From positions 1 to 64,000 of the forward strand of contig JAVECO010000120.1 in the NCBI GenBank assembly GCA_051942205.1: a stretch of DNA of 64,000 bases, read 5' to 3'. The notes under the pieces were generated by a model. The model ran no database searches. It was not told where the DNA came from and worked only from the letters and a program-made list of their open reading frames with translations. The position numbers and the translations under genes were made by a program. Below, piece after piece: positions 51,659-61,392 of the stretch. The stretch is from Coniocarpon cinnabarinum (Eukaryota). Position 1 is the stretch's first letter; the number at the start of each line of letters is the position of its first letter.

Positions 51659-53675
51659 ATGCCAACCTCTAGCATGGATCTACAGCATCTCACAATGCTC
51701 AAACCTTGCCCAGGATGCCACGAGCATCGACCACGAACGCACTTCTACCAGCGCCACAAGCAGGATGAAAAGCGGAACTGTGTCCAGTGCCGCATCAAAG
51801 CCAATCTGAATAGCGGTTGGTACCTGTGGGCAAAAGTAGGTTGTGTCCTACTTGACCGCCTTACCATTCCAGCTACTGACGATGACGCGTACCTTAGGAA
51901 GGTTGGCGTTCGAGCCCACAGGAAAAACAGAAAATACTTATCAAATTTGGTTTCGAGTATCTCGAAAGCTTCAAGAAAGCCATCATTTCATGGCGAAAGG
52001 GAGCAGCACCGTTGTCTGTGGAGCAGGAGAATTCAAGTAAGTCGAACGCATCCCACATCCGCCTCAAAAACGGCGATTGAGATTTGAAGTTTGTGACGGT
52101 ATACGCGCAACTTGGCCGCGAGAGTCCCATCTGCCCCCCGATGGCATTCAAGACAGTGGAAACCAAGACAGTGGCAATCATGCAACGGACAATGCGACGC
52201 CAAGCCAATCCAATAAGCCGGCAGAGACAAAACCGGTGAAGCCACTGAAGGTGTTGCCAAGCTGTGCTCGTTGCACGACGGCACACAAAAAATGCGATGG
52301 ACGCAGGCCATGTGGAAGCTGTAGAATGGCAAGATTGACCGCGCGTGATTGTGTGGGTTCAGACGCTGCCTTTCCCGCTGAGATGCGCGAGCATCGTCTG
52401 AAGCCTATTAACAAAATCCCGCCGGAACAATACATGTGGCAGCCGTCGAAATCTGCAGGTTATCCTGTCATGCATCCATACAGCCAGAGCAACCGGTGCG
52501 ACGAGTGCCAGGAAGACTTTCTAGCACCTTTTCATTACTTCGATCCTCAAGATTCCGAGCTGAGCTTCTTGTGCTGTATACATTGTCGTGCAGGTGGTGA
52601 AGCTGTGAAGCATTGCGAGGTTAAATACAGTGTCAACTTTCTCACCATTGAGGACAACCACAAGCAAGGCATCATCCACGAAGAACATGTCAAGCTTCGA
52701 TCCGAGCTTCTGAGCTTTCTTACGGACTGGTTTGAGAATTGGAGAAAGGGTATAGAGGAACATTCTATGCTTCACACACCAAGCTCAGTGAAGACAAAAT
52801 GTGAGAACGCTTCGCTCGGTATCCTACCTGAATTGTAGCTAATCGATGTGATAGACTTTGAGTGGGCGAAGGATTGGGTCCACGATCGTCTATATGGGGA
52901 CGAACATCCCAACGCTGTGACATCGGCGTTGCAAAAAGAGCCCGAGCTTGCTTCTTCGCCGGGACCCCAACGTAACGAAGATATCCCACCAGCGAAGCCG
53001 ACCACCGTCAAAAAGCGACATACGATCATTCCAGAACAGGACAGCAAAACTGTCGAAGATACTGTGGAAGATGACTCAGAGGGCCCTTTGCGCCCGACGA
53101 GGAAGCGACAGCGAATAAGCCAACCCAAGATAGGGAGGAGAGTCTTGAAACGGGCCATATCAGAGGAACTTGGAGGTCCCAGCGCGAGTCAAGCTGGCAT
53201 CTCACACACGCTTGATGATAGCTCGTTGCACCCAATGCTAGGAATTGACGGAAGCCCCAAAACTTGTGCGCCTACAACTCAAGACACACCTCGTCGAAAG
53301 CAACGCGTATCGAAAGAAGGCTCAAAGGCTTTGTCGTCTCAGGCACACTGCGCCAGTCGAAATGTGGAGACTCCCCTATCTCCTGACTCAAGCGCAAGTC
53401 AAACGGTGGAGTTGCCAACCCCGGCTCGTACTTCTTCGCGAGTTTCTGCTCGAACAGCTACAGGTGTGACAGAACACTCAGGAAGTACCCTCAGGATTTT
53501 GTCCGGGACGCAAGATTTGACAGCCAAAGTCCAAGCTCTGGTAGCGACCCATGGTCACGAGGGGACCAAGGCTATCCTCAGCATCCCAATCCATCGAATC
53601 AACGCGCGTGTCGCCGAAGCCGAGATGGCCAATGAGGCTCTTCTTGAAAGCTTACGAGCCTTGGGGGATAACTAG
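51659..53675 (+). CDS. Array gene A: unassigned protein with two CxxC/CxxC-R modules flanking a Zn2Cys6 cluster (exons 51659-51835, 51898-52036, 52090-52800, 52855-53675; ~615 aa)
   Basis: Three GT-AG introns join the ORFs in frame. CPGC-x20-CVQCRIKANLNSGW; CARCTTAHKKCDGRRPCGSCRMARLTARDC; CDEC-x22-CIHCR; basic patch RPTRKRQR. Confidence 0.72.
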
Positions 53676-54084
53676 GGTCGAAGCATTTCATGTTCGGCCC
53701 GTACCGAAAGGCACTCTTGATCGATTCGAAAAGTATCTCGTTTAAAATGTTGTATGATTATCTTCGAGGACTCCGTAACACTGAGGGAGATGTATGCAGC
53801 CGCGTTGTTAACATGTAATCACTTTCAAAGCCACAGGTGAGATCAGACGAGCGCAGTAAACATGTCCCAAAGACAAGACTATCCCCCGCTTGCACGTGAA
53901 AATCTTCGAGAGTGAGGCTTGTACAATTTTGGAGGCAAATACTAAAAGCTTCTTACTCACTCTTGACTGCCTCTCCCTTTCTTCTCACAACACAGCCATC
54001 AACCTGCACATTTTCATCTGCTGAACTACGTTCATCACATCGCTAACTGTGTCTAGTAGAAGCTAACATCGTCCATCTGAGACG

Positions 54085-54804
54085 ATGGCTACTCAAGAAG
54101 CAGTGGCGTCCCTGCAGGAAGATCAGAAAGATCAGAAAGATCAAGAAAGGACCGAGAGCAGTAACGTCCTGGACACAAGCGAAGCCAACTGCCATAACTG
54201 CAAACGCATGATTGCCGCCTGCCAATTACGCATCCCTGACAGGCGGCTCCTCAGGTGGCATCAAGACTGCCTGAGGTGTCGAGCTTATCAATCACTGTCC
54301 AGGGATGCAGCCCAGGGGAAAGTCGTCCAAGGTCAAGCAATCGACTTCTCCGAAGTCAAAGCCAATGCCGACAAGAACCATGAGCCGAACTTCGAACTGA
54401 AGGTGGCCACCACAGCATGGCTGACTGCATTCGTCTCCGACTGGATTCGAATCATGGGCGACGCTGACGTCTTCGTACCGGACGAAGTTGCCCGACAACT
54501 CAATGAAGACGCCGTGGAACTGGTAAGGGAGCTAATGTACCCCAGTGGAGCTGGTCGTGATTTGCCAATAGACGCAAGAGAGGAGGCAGCAAGAGCTTTG
54601 CTCCTCCTCCGGGAATCAACAACGCCTAGAGCTACGGGGTCTGTGTCCAGTCATCGACGCCGAGGAACACTCGAGAAGACCGTACGATTTACCAGCGAAC
54701 CACCCGACATAAGATCGGTGACACCCAATGTTCGCTCGACTGAAACCCCTGAGGAGAACTTTAGCGAGGCTGTAATTCTCGAACCCCGCATCTATCGAGA
54801 GTAA
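54085..54804 (+). CDS. Array gene B: unassigned protein with one CxxC/CxxC-R module (intronless, 239 aa)
   Basis: CHNC-x22-CLRCR, then ...AWLTAFVSDWIRIM..., and EEAARALLLL motif. Confidence 0.7.
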   Translation: MATQEAVASLQEDQKDQKDQERTESSNVLDTSEANCHNCKRMIAACQLRIPDRRLLRWHQDCLRCRAYQSLSRDAAQGKVVQGQAIDFSEVKANADKNHEPNFELKVATTAWLTAFVSDWIRIMGDADVFVPDEVARQLNEDAVELVRELMYPSGAGRDLPIDAREEAARALLLLRESTTPRATGSVSSHRRRGTLEKTVRFTSEPPDIRSVTPNVRSTETPEENFSEAVILEPRIYRE

Positions 54805-55116
54805 ACGAGGGAGAAGCCGACGTCAGATTTCGCACTTTAAGATGCACAAGCGATGCATTATGTCCGGAGACACGTCATGGCATTTGATCAGTCTATCCTC
54901 ATTTGAAACCGCTAATTTGCGAGTGGAAGCCAAGGTGCAAGCATGTTCTGCCTGCAAATTGCGCAATCTGGTTTAACGTTGGTAATTCGACATGACGCTA
55001 ATACGCATCTGCGCCTTGCAACTCTGCCTTTGCCTGGAATGCAACGAATATAAACCCCACGGATGCAGCGGTGTAGCTCTGCAACCCGCTTCTTTTGACA
55101 ACCCTTGACAACAATA

Positions 55117-56044
55117 ATGGATCTTCGGCCAAATGCTTCTTTGCGACACCCTCAATATTTGCGCGACAGCACTCAACAAGAGGGATCCAGTGGGCGTAAA
55201 GAACGGGCAGGGGAATCCCTAGCATGTCGAAACTGCTGTCCAGCCTCCTCGCCATTGATGCGAGACGCTAGGGGAACACAAATGAAGTCCTGTCTTCTTC
55301 ATCGGTATGTTTACCAAGCACGACAGTCAACAAAATAGACCAGTCACTAAGTGACTCCAAGAATCAAAGACAACATGGGCTCCAAGTGGCGATTATGCAA
55401 GCCACAGGGAAATACTCCAGGAAACTCGGCCTATTTGAAGGAGCAGAGGCACCGCATCTGCTCGCAGGCCGTTGACACCGTCAACGCCTGGATCGGGGCT
55501 TTTGGAGATTCGCATCCTGAGGCCCTGTCCAATGAGCGACAAGACGAGAGTGAGTCTGATCGGACTTTTACAAGGGGGGGACCTCATGCTAACCTCTTCG
55601 ACGCCAGTCCTGCAATTCATACAGGAATACTTGCCTTCCTGGGCCGAAGCCTTTTTTCCCGCTGAGGATAGAGCTTCTGTAGAGGCCGAAGCCATACCAA
55701 GGCCGTCAGCATCGCCGTTGCCAGCTTCAGAAGACGCTGTCATGACTCCCGCGCCTGACGTTGCTGAAGACGCCTCCACAATTATAGAAGCCCAGCAAGG
55801 CGCATCTGGAGAGAAACACTCAGCCGAAGTACAAGTACAACGTCTAGACAGAGCAATTTCCAATGCTCAGGCGCTGGCTGCGACGCTCGCAAGGTTACGG
55901 CATGAGAGGCCGGATATCGCCGTTGGCATCTTTTCCATGCTCCCGCCTCATTTCCGGCACGATCTGGCGTCCGACGACACAGCTAACACGGTGGCAAACC
56001 TTGCGAGCGTTCTAGACAGTCTCAGCTCCCTGCAGCAGCCTTGA
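55117..56044 (+). CDS. Array gene C: unassigned protein with CxxC/CxxH-R module (exons 55117-55304, 55362-55549, 55608-56044; 270 aa)
   Basis: CRNCCPASSPLMRD...CLLHR|IKDNMGSKW...VNAWIGAF...LSNERQDE|ILQFIQEYLP; clear paralogue of gene D with identical intron positions. Confidence 0.8.
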
Positions 56045-56297
56045 AACTTGGTAGCTCCTGAATTTTGTAGGCTGAAAGGGCGTAGACCCATCAGGATACC
56101 TTGTCGAGGACATTGAAGCCGATATAAGGGCGAGGTGCAAGATTTTTTTGCCTTCAAATTGCGTAATCTGGTTGGATGTTTGATTCGACATAGCGCTAAT
56201 ATGCCGCTACACTTTTCATCCCTGCCTCTACCTGTGTCGCCGTCCGAATATATCCATAATGCACATCTCTTGCGACAACCCTGCAACTTGGGTCTCT

Positions 56298-56377
56298 TGA
56301 CAACAGCTGAATATATTTGACAACGCTTCACAATACCCGACAACACCTGATAACACCTGACGACACCTGACAACAAT
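56298..56377 (+). repeat. 10-bp tandem array (consensus TGACAACACC) x8 ending 1 nt before the ATG of gene D
   Basis: tgacaacagc tgaatatatt tgacaacgct tcacaatacc cgacaacacc tgataacacc tgacgacacc tgacaacaat, followed by a-ATG. Confidence 0.8.
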
Positions 56378-56378
56378 A

Positions 56379-57321
56379 ATGGACGTTCGACCCCCTAGCT
56401 CCCTCAACACACCCAAATACACAAGACATGCCCCCAATGCCGAAAGTTCAACGCAAGACCCTACCAGTGGGGAAGCCTTTCCACCATCCATACGTCAAGG
56501 GAAAGGCTGTCAAAACTGCTGTCCCGGCGACTCGCCCTTAATGCGTGACGTCAAGGGCAAACAACGCGCCACATGTCTCTTCCACCGGTGCGTAAAGTCG
56601 CGCTCTATGCATCTCAAGAATCAGCTACTCTCAAAATCAGCTACTGATCGGAAAACAGCATCAAGCAGAATTGCAGCAACATGTGGTCTAGATGGTATGA
56701 TCGCAAAGATCGGGAACCCGTCAAGGTGATGAGACAGCGGATCTATGTCGCTCATCGGGAGATGTTGAATGCGTGGAAGGAGGCATTTAGGGATGAGCGG
56801 CCGTCACCGCTGACGAGGGAGCTGGAAGCTCAGAGTTTGTTCAGTCCTATTATTATCGAGGTTTATGGGTCGAGCTGACATTTGAAATCTCAGTCATGAA
56901 GCACATAGAGACGTATGTGCCTTATTACGCTGAAACCTCAGAAGAAGAGACCACGCCACAGCCCGAGGCAGAGGCGGGACCCTCGGAGCCTTCGGAATCG
57001 GGCACAGCTTCTACGATTGTCCTTCCCCGCGAACAGCGCATGGCTGTAGACACGCAAGCTCCTTCGGCAAATGAAGGCTCTTCGACAAATGAAGGTCAAT
57101 CTGAGCAACGCAACATTGACGCCGCCATCTCGAATCTGCAAACTATGACTGAAGCACTGACGACGCTTCGCAACGCGAACCCGAGTCTTGCTGATGGCGT
57201 CTTTGCGATGATTCCGGTGCATTTGCGGCAGACATTGACGTCTGAAGAGATGGCTTCGACGACTGCGAAGTTGAAGAGTTTGGTGGAGGATATTGTTTCT
57301 CTGCGACGACCGTCAACTTGA
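56379..57321 (+). CDS. Array gene D: unassigned protein with CxxC/CxxH-R module (exons 56379-56587, 56659-56834, 56894-57321; 270 aa)
   Basis: CQNCCPGDSPLMRD...CLFHR|IKQNCSNMW...LNAWKEAF...LTRELEAQ|IMKHIETYVP; C-terminal IDAAISNLQ...GVFAMIPVHLRQTL aligns with gene C. The second donor is a weak GTTTGT. Confidence 0.8.
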
Positions 57322-57674
57322 TAGCTGGGAAGACGACGGGGGCCTTAGATGCCGTCGACCTGTGGAGAAATTCTGCGAAATTGATTTGGCTATTATGCGA
57401 CAGAAGAGGATTCGAGTGCCTCACGTTTACTGTAAATTGGTTCTTACGAGAAAACCCATTAGGTGAATCCATCTGTGAATTAGCCTCACAATTTACGAAT
57501 CAGGCATCGACGCCCAAGAACATCGATTCACTTCTCACCTGCAAATTATGTGACCGCGTGACAGCGTCACACTAATCAAATCCTCGCACATCCTTTGACT
57601 TCCAAAAACAAACCACATTGCCAGCTGCACGCCACGCTGCTTCTACAGTAAATCACTTGACGATAAACTAACGC

Positions 57675-57765
57675 CACTTAGATTCACCACTCAGATTCAC
57701 CACTCAGATTCACCCCTCAGATTCACCCCTCAGGTTCACCGCTCGAATTCATCACTCAAATTCAT
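57675..57765 (+). repeat. 13-bp tandem array (consensus CACTCAGATTCAC) x7 upstream of gene E
   Basis: cacttagattcac cactcagattcac cactcagattcac ccctcagattcac ccctcaggttcac cgctcgaattcat cactcaaattcat. Confidence 0.85.
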
Positions 57766-57809
57766 CACCCTATTCCAACCCCCAATCCAAACATTCCAAA
57801 GCAAAACCC

Positions 57810-58817
57810 ATGGCACCCTCCCAAAGGAACGACCCCGCCACCGGCGGCTGCAAAAATTGCGCCCCCCACAATTCTCCCCTCTTCCAAACAACAGACGGCA
57901 CAAAATGCCAATTATGTCTCTACCACCGCATAAGGAACCACCTCAACGGCTCATGGCGCGCTTACCGCCACAAACCAGGCACCGAACGCGCGACGGAGTG
58001 TCGCGACCGTCTCGTCAGAAAAATGCAAGGACGCGTCGACGACTGGAAGAATGCTTTTCGGCATGTAGATCCCGCTGCGATAAGCGAGGAACAGGAAAGA
58101 AAGATAAGGACTATGATACGGACGTATCTCCCGCCGGGTGTTAAAGAAATACTGGGAAAAATCTCGGAAGAGGATATGTGGGCCCCGCCTGAGGAAATAC
58201 TTGTGTATCTAAAGCCGAGGGTGCATGAGAGGTTGCGACCGAATGTTTGTACACGCTGTGGAGAACAGGGGGCGAATTATCTGTTTTCCGATCCGCGAGA
58301 TCCGGCGGAGGCGTGGGGGGAGTGTTTTCGTTGTCGGATTGAGGGGGATCTTTATCTGGAGTTTTGGATCCAGGATGTGTGGAGTGGTAGTCTCAATGAG
58401 GCGGCAAAGGAAGCGAACAATGACGGCAGCAATGATGCTTCTAATGAATTCGCTGATGAATTCGCGGATGATGCGTCAACAGAAACTGACAAATCAAAAT
58501 CAATACAACAACAAGTAGAAACCTACCTCTCCCACCAGCTAGAAAAATGGACCACCGCAATGGCAGAAAAAGGCTACACCCTCCCCACAGAAATCGCGGT
58601 TCAACTCGAAGAAACCAAAAATAGCATCCGCGACAATTGGATCCTCGATAACTACCTAACCGACACGTCAGCGAATCGCTCTCGTCCACACATACAGGCC
58701 CCTATTGACGATGAGGAAGGGCTGTGCAGTTTGCGAGACGTCTTGGGGGAGATGCTGCAATCATCTGGTGGGGAAATCGACCAGATTTTGAAGAATCTGG
58801 AGGCGTTGCGGGGTTGA
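57810..58817 (+). CDS. Array gene E: unassigned protein with two modules (intronless, 335 aa)
   Basis: CKNCAPHNSPLFQ...CLYHRIRNHLNGSW...VDDWKNAF...ISEEQERKIRTMIRTYLP; second module CTRC-x21-CFRCRI...QLEKWTTAM. Confidence 0.8.
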   Translation: MAPSQRNDPATGGCKNCAPHNSPLFQTTDGTKCQLCLYHRIRNHLNGSWRAYRHKPGTERATECRDRLVRKMQGRVDDWKNAFRHVDPAAISEEQERKIRTMIRTYLPPGVKEILGKISEEDMWAPPEEILVYLKPRVHERLRPNVCTRCGEQGANYLFSDPRDPAEAWGECFRCRIEGDLYLEFWIQDVWSGSLNEAAKEANNDGSNDASNEFADEFADDASTETDKSKSIQQQVETYLSHQLEKWTTAMAEKGYTLPTEIAVQLEETKNSIRDNWILDNYLTDTSANRSRPHIQAPIDDEEGLCSLRDVLGEMLQSSGGEIDQILKNLEALRG

Positions 58818-59661
58818 GTGCAGAGAGTGAGGGAGAGTGTAGACAAGGAGGGCTGAGGGAAGGAGTGGCGCTTTTTCAGGAGGCTTTGTGGGAGAGTTTG
58901 GGGGATCGGGTTGTGGGGATGCTGGCGGGGGGTATTGAAAAGTCGTACAGAGACGATGCATAGGAATGTGATTTTGCTGCGTTTTGGTGTTCCAAATGTG
59001 CGGAAAATGCTTTTATCATTTTGCGGCCGAATATTGGTATTTGTGCGTATTTGTGCCTGGATTTTGGATTTGTTTGATTTGGCTAGGACTAGGATCTAGC
59101 AGATTGGCGCAGCAGGCCTGACAAATACACTAATCCAGTGTCGATTTCCCTCGTTTTGCACAACTTTTTCTTGTTCTGATCGAAGCAAATCTTTGATTAT
59201 ATTCTGCCAAGGCGATGCAATATCAAATTACACAGGCGGACAATGTAACTCTTTTCTTCCTTCTCACATCCTCCGAGATGCCAGAATTGCTTTCTTCGCG
59301 TTGTCGCTTCTGTTGCTGGGAAGTTGGGTGTTCCAGCAGCATTGAGCGCCTCGCTGTTCCACGTTGATCTTGGAATTTTTGGTGACTTATAGGACAGTCC
59401 CCCGACGCTCTGAAAGCTCAGCATTGGCTGTACAAGCGTCTGACCTCTCTGATCCAGGGTAAAGGCTATCTGAACCCATGTGCGTACCAGCGATAGACTC
59501 TAAACTCATTCAATCATCATTTCCTCATCACTCATATCGCTCATATTTCTCCTTTCGTGAGTGCAGCCCAGGCTCGTTACTCAGAGATGGGAAGTCAGCA
59601 TGGCTCCGAAACTTCATCAGACTTCATGGCCCCTTTGCCTTTCCATTCCCACTTACTCACT

Positions 59662-60549
59662 TCACGGCGGCACTTCCTCCCCTTTCCAGTCCCAGCACAG
59701 TCCCCTACCCTCCAGTCCCCTCGTCTTTACAACGTCAATTAACCTTTCCGCGGCATAATCCGGACTGAACAACTTCTCTTTCTTCACGTTGCCCCAGAAC
59801 TCACTGCTCAACCCCGTTTTGACCGTCCCAGGATGCAACGCCAAACTCGTTGCCTTCTCCCCACTAGTTGCTTTCAAATAGTTGTCGAATGTCTTTGTAA
59901 CCTGATTCAGGGCTGCCTTCGACGCGCGATAACTGTACCAGCCTCCTAGATTGTTATCGCTGATCGAACCGACGCGCGCGGACATGTTGAGCCATGTTGC
60001 GTGATTCAAGGGGATGGTGTCGTTGGTTTGGGAAGAGTCGAGGGTTATGGACGTCGACTTTCGAGGTAGAAAGGGGGAGAAGTGTTTTAGTATTAACATA
60101 GGGCCAATGACATTGGTGTTGAATTGGGCGTGTATGTCGTCTTCCCTCAACTGTGCGGGACTCTTCTCTGGTTTGAGGATACCAGGTATGCAAAACGCAA
60201 GATGCAGATGGCTGCCTTCTCCTTCTTTTGGTCTCGTTGGGAAGCGCTGTGCACATTCCTCTGCTGCTTTTGCTATGCTGTCTTCGTTGTTGACATCCAA
60301 GTTTAATACAGTGAGACGGCTTTCAGCGTTGCCGGGGGCTTCGGCGTGGGATGAGTGTGAGGGTTGCATGCAATCGCTTTCACCTTGCGAAGGAGGTGGG
60401 TCTTCGGCGCGGAGGATAGAATCTTGTAAGCTTTGGAGGGAGGAGCGTGTGGTTGCGACGATGGGGACGGTGGTTTGGCGAAGGAGGCGACGGGTTAGAT
60501 GCAGGCCGATGCCGCGGCTTGAGGGCGTGACGAGGATCCAAGGAGGCAT
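59662..60549 (-). CDS. Short-chain dehydrogenase/reductase (CsgA/C-factor-like)
   Basis: VTPSSRGIG Rossmann motif, SARVGSISDNNLGGWYSYRASKAALNQ (YxxxK), LHPGTVKTGLS, WDWKG. Confidence 0.92.
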   Translation of the reverse strand: MPPWILVTPSSRGIGLHLTRRLLRQTTVPIVATTRSSLQSLQDSILRAEDPPPSQGESDCMQPSHSSHAEAPGNAESRLTVLNLDVNNEDSIAKAAEECAQRFPTRPKEGEGSHLHLAFCIPGILKPEKSPAQLREDDIHAQFNTNVIGPMLILKHFSPFLPRKSTSITLDSSQTNDTIPLNHATWLNMSARVGSISDNNLGGWYSYRASKAALNQVTKTFDNYLKATSGEKATSLALHPGTVKTGLSSEFWGNVKKEKLFSPDYAAERLIDVVKTRGLEGRGLCWDWKGEEVPP

Positions 60550-61392
60550 CTCTGTGGATTGGTAGGTATGATTGAGGGTGGTGAGGTGCGGCGACTAGGC
60601 TGGGTAAAGCGCTGGAGTTAACAAGAGTCGTTCACACTAAAGGTACTCTGTGGGAGGTATGGCAGTCTTTCAGCCCGCTTTAGGCGGAACTTCAAAGCAT
60701 GGCGAGTGGTTTTGCCAGTGCAAAAGAGGGATTGATAGAATGAAGTTCGGGGGAGATTGGCAATGTGTGGACTTGGTGAGCTCGTATAGCTGGTTGCGTC
60801 TGGCTCTGAATCATGAATGGACCTGATCTCGGATATAACATGGGATAGCGGATATACCCGCTAGTGTACCAAAGATCATTACTGGAATCGTGCCTGAATG
60901 CGGCAAAGCTCCTGACGATCATTAAAACTTCATATCAGCTTCAGGTCATCAATTACTATCACTTCTCGACGGACATGCACTCTAGCAAATTCTTTTCGCT
61001 CGGAAACACACTAACTGAGGCGCGTCTTCAAGCATCCGATCTACGAAGCATTATTCAACTGCACATCTGTTGCACATCCTTGTATTTTGACACCTTGCAG
61101 CTCTTGCCAGCTCCAATAGACTTTAGCCTTGTTCAACGGCGACCCACGTATATTTCACATTTTCCAAGTCTCCCGACATCATCTTCCGGACGTCTTACCC
61201 CTTGCGCAATGCTTTAGACGTGTACTCAGCCCCTTCTTGCTTGTTTTCCAGATTTTCCTTACTGGTAGAAATGTGTTCTGTCTAGCTTTTCAGCATCTTC
61301 TTTCCCAGCGTCTTGTACGAAGCGAAGAGTCATGTACATGTAATACTAGATATACGACATTCGTTTCATTGTATTGCAACGCACATAACAGC

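Noticed and set aside
57675..57765. 13-bp and 10-bp arrays as CRISPR-like repeats
   Set aside because: Contiguous units without spacers, in a eukaryotic context; ordinary minisatellites.
57744..58464. 11-nt inverted match (CGAATTCATCA / TGATGAATTCG) between the gene E leader repeat and its coding repeat
   Set aside because: Too short and low-complexity to support a fold-back structure.
61129..61392. ORF-track N-terminal extensions from non-ATG starts (lipase; also SMC5 4340 and IPI1 43286)
   Set aside because: Downstream ATGs give the expected signal peptide or conserved N-terminus.
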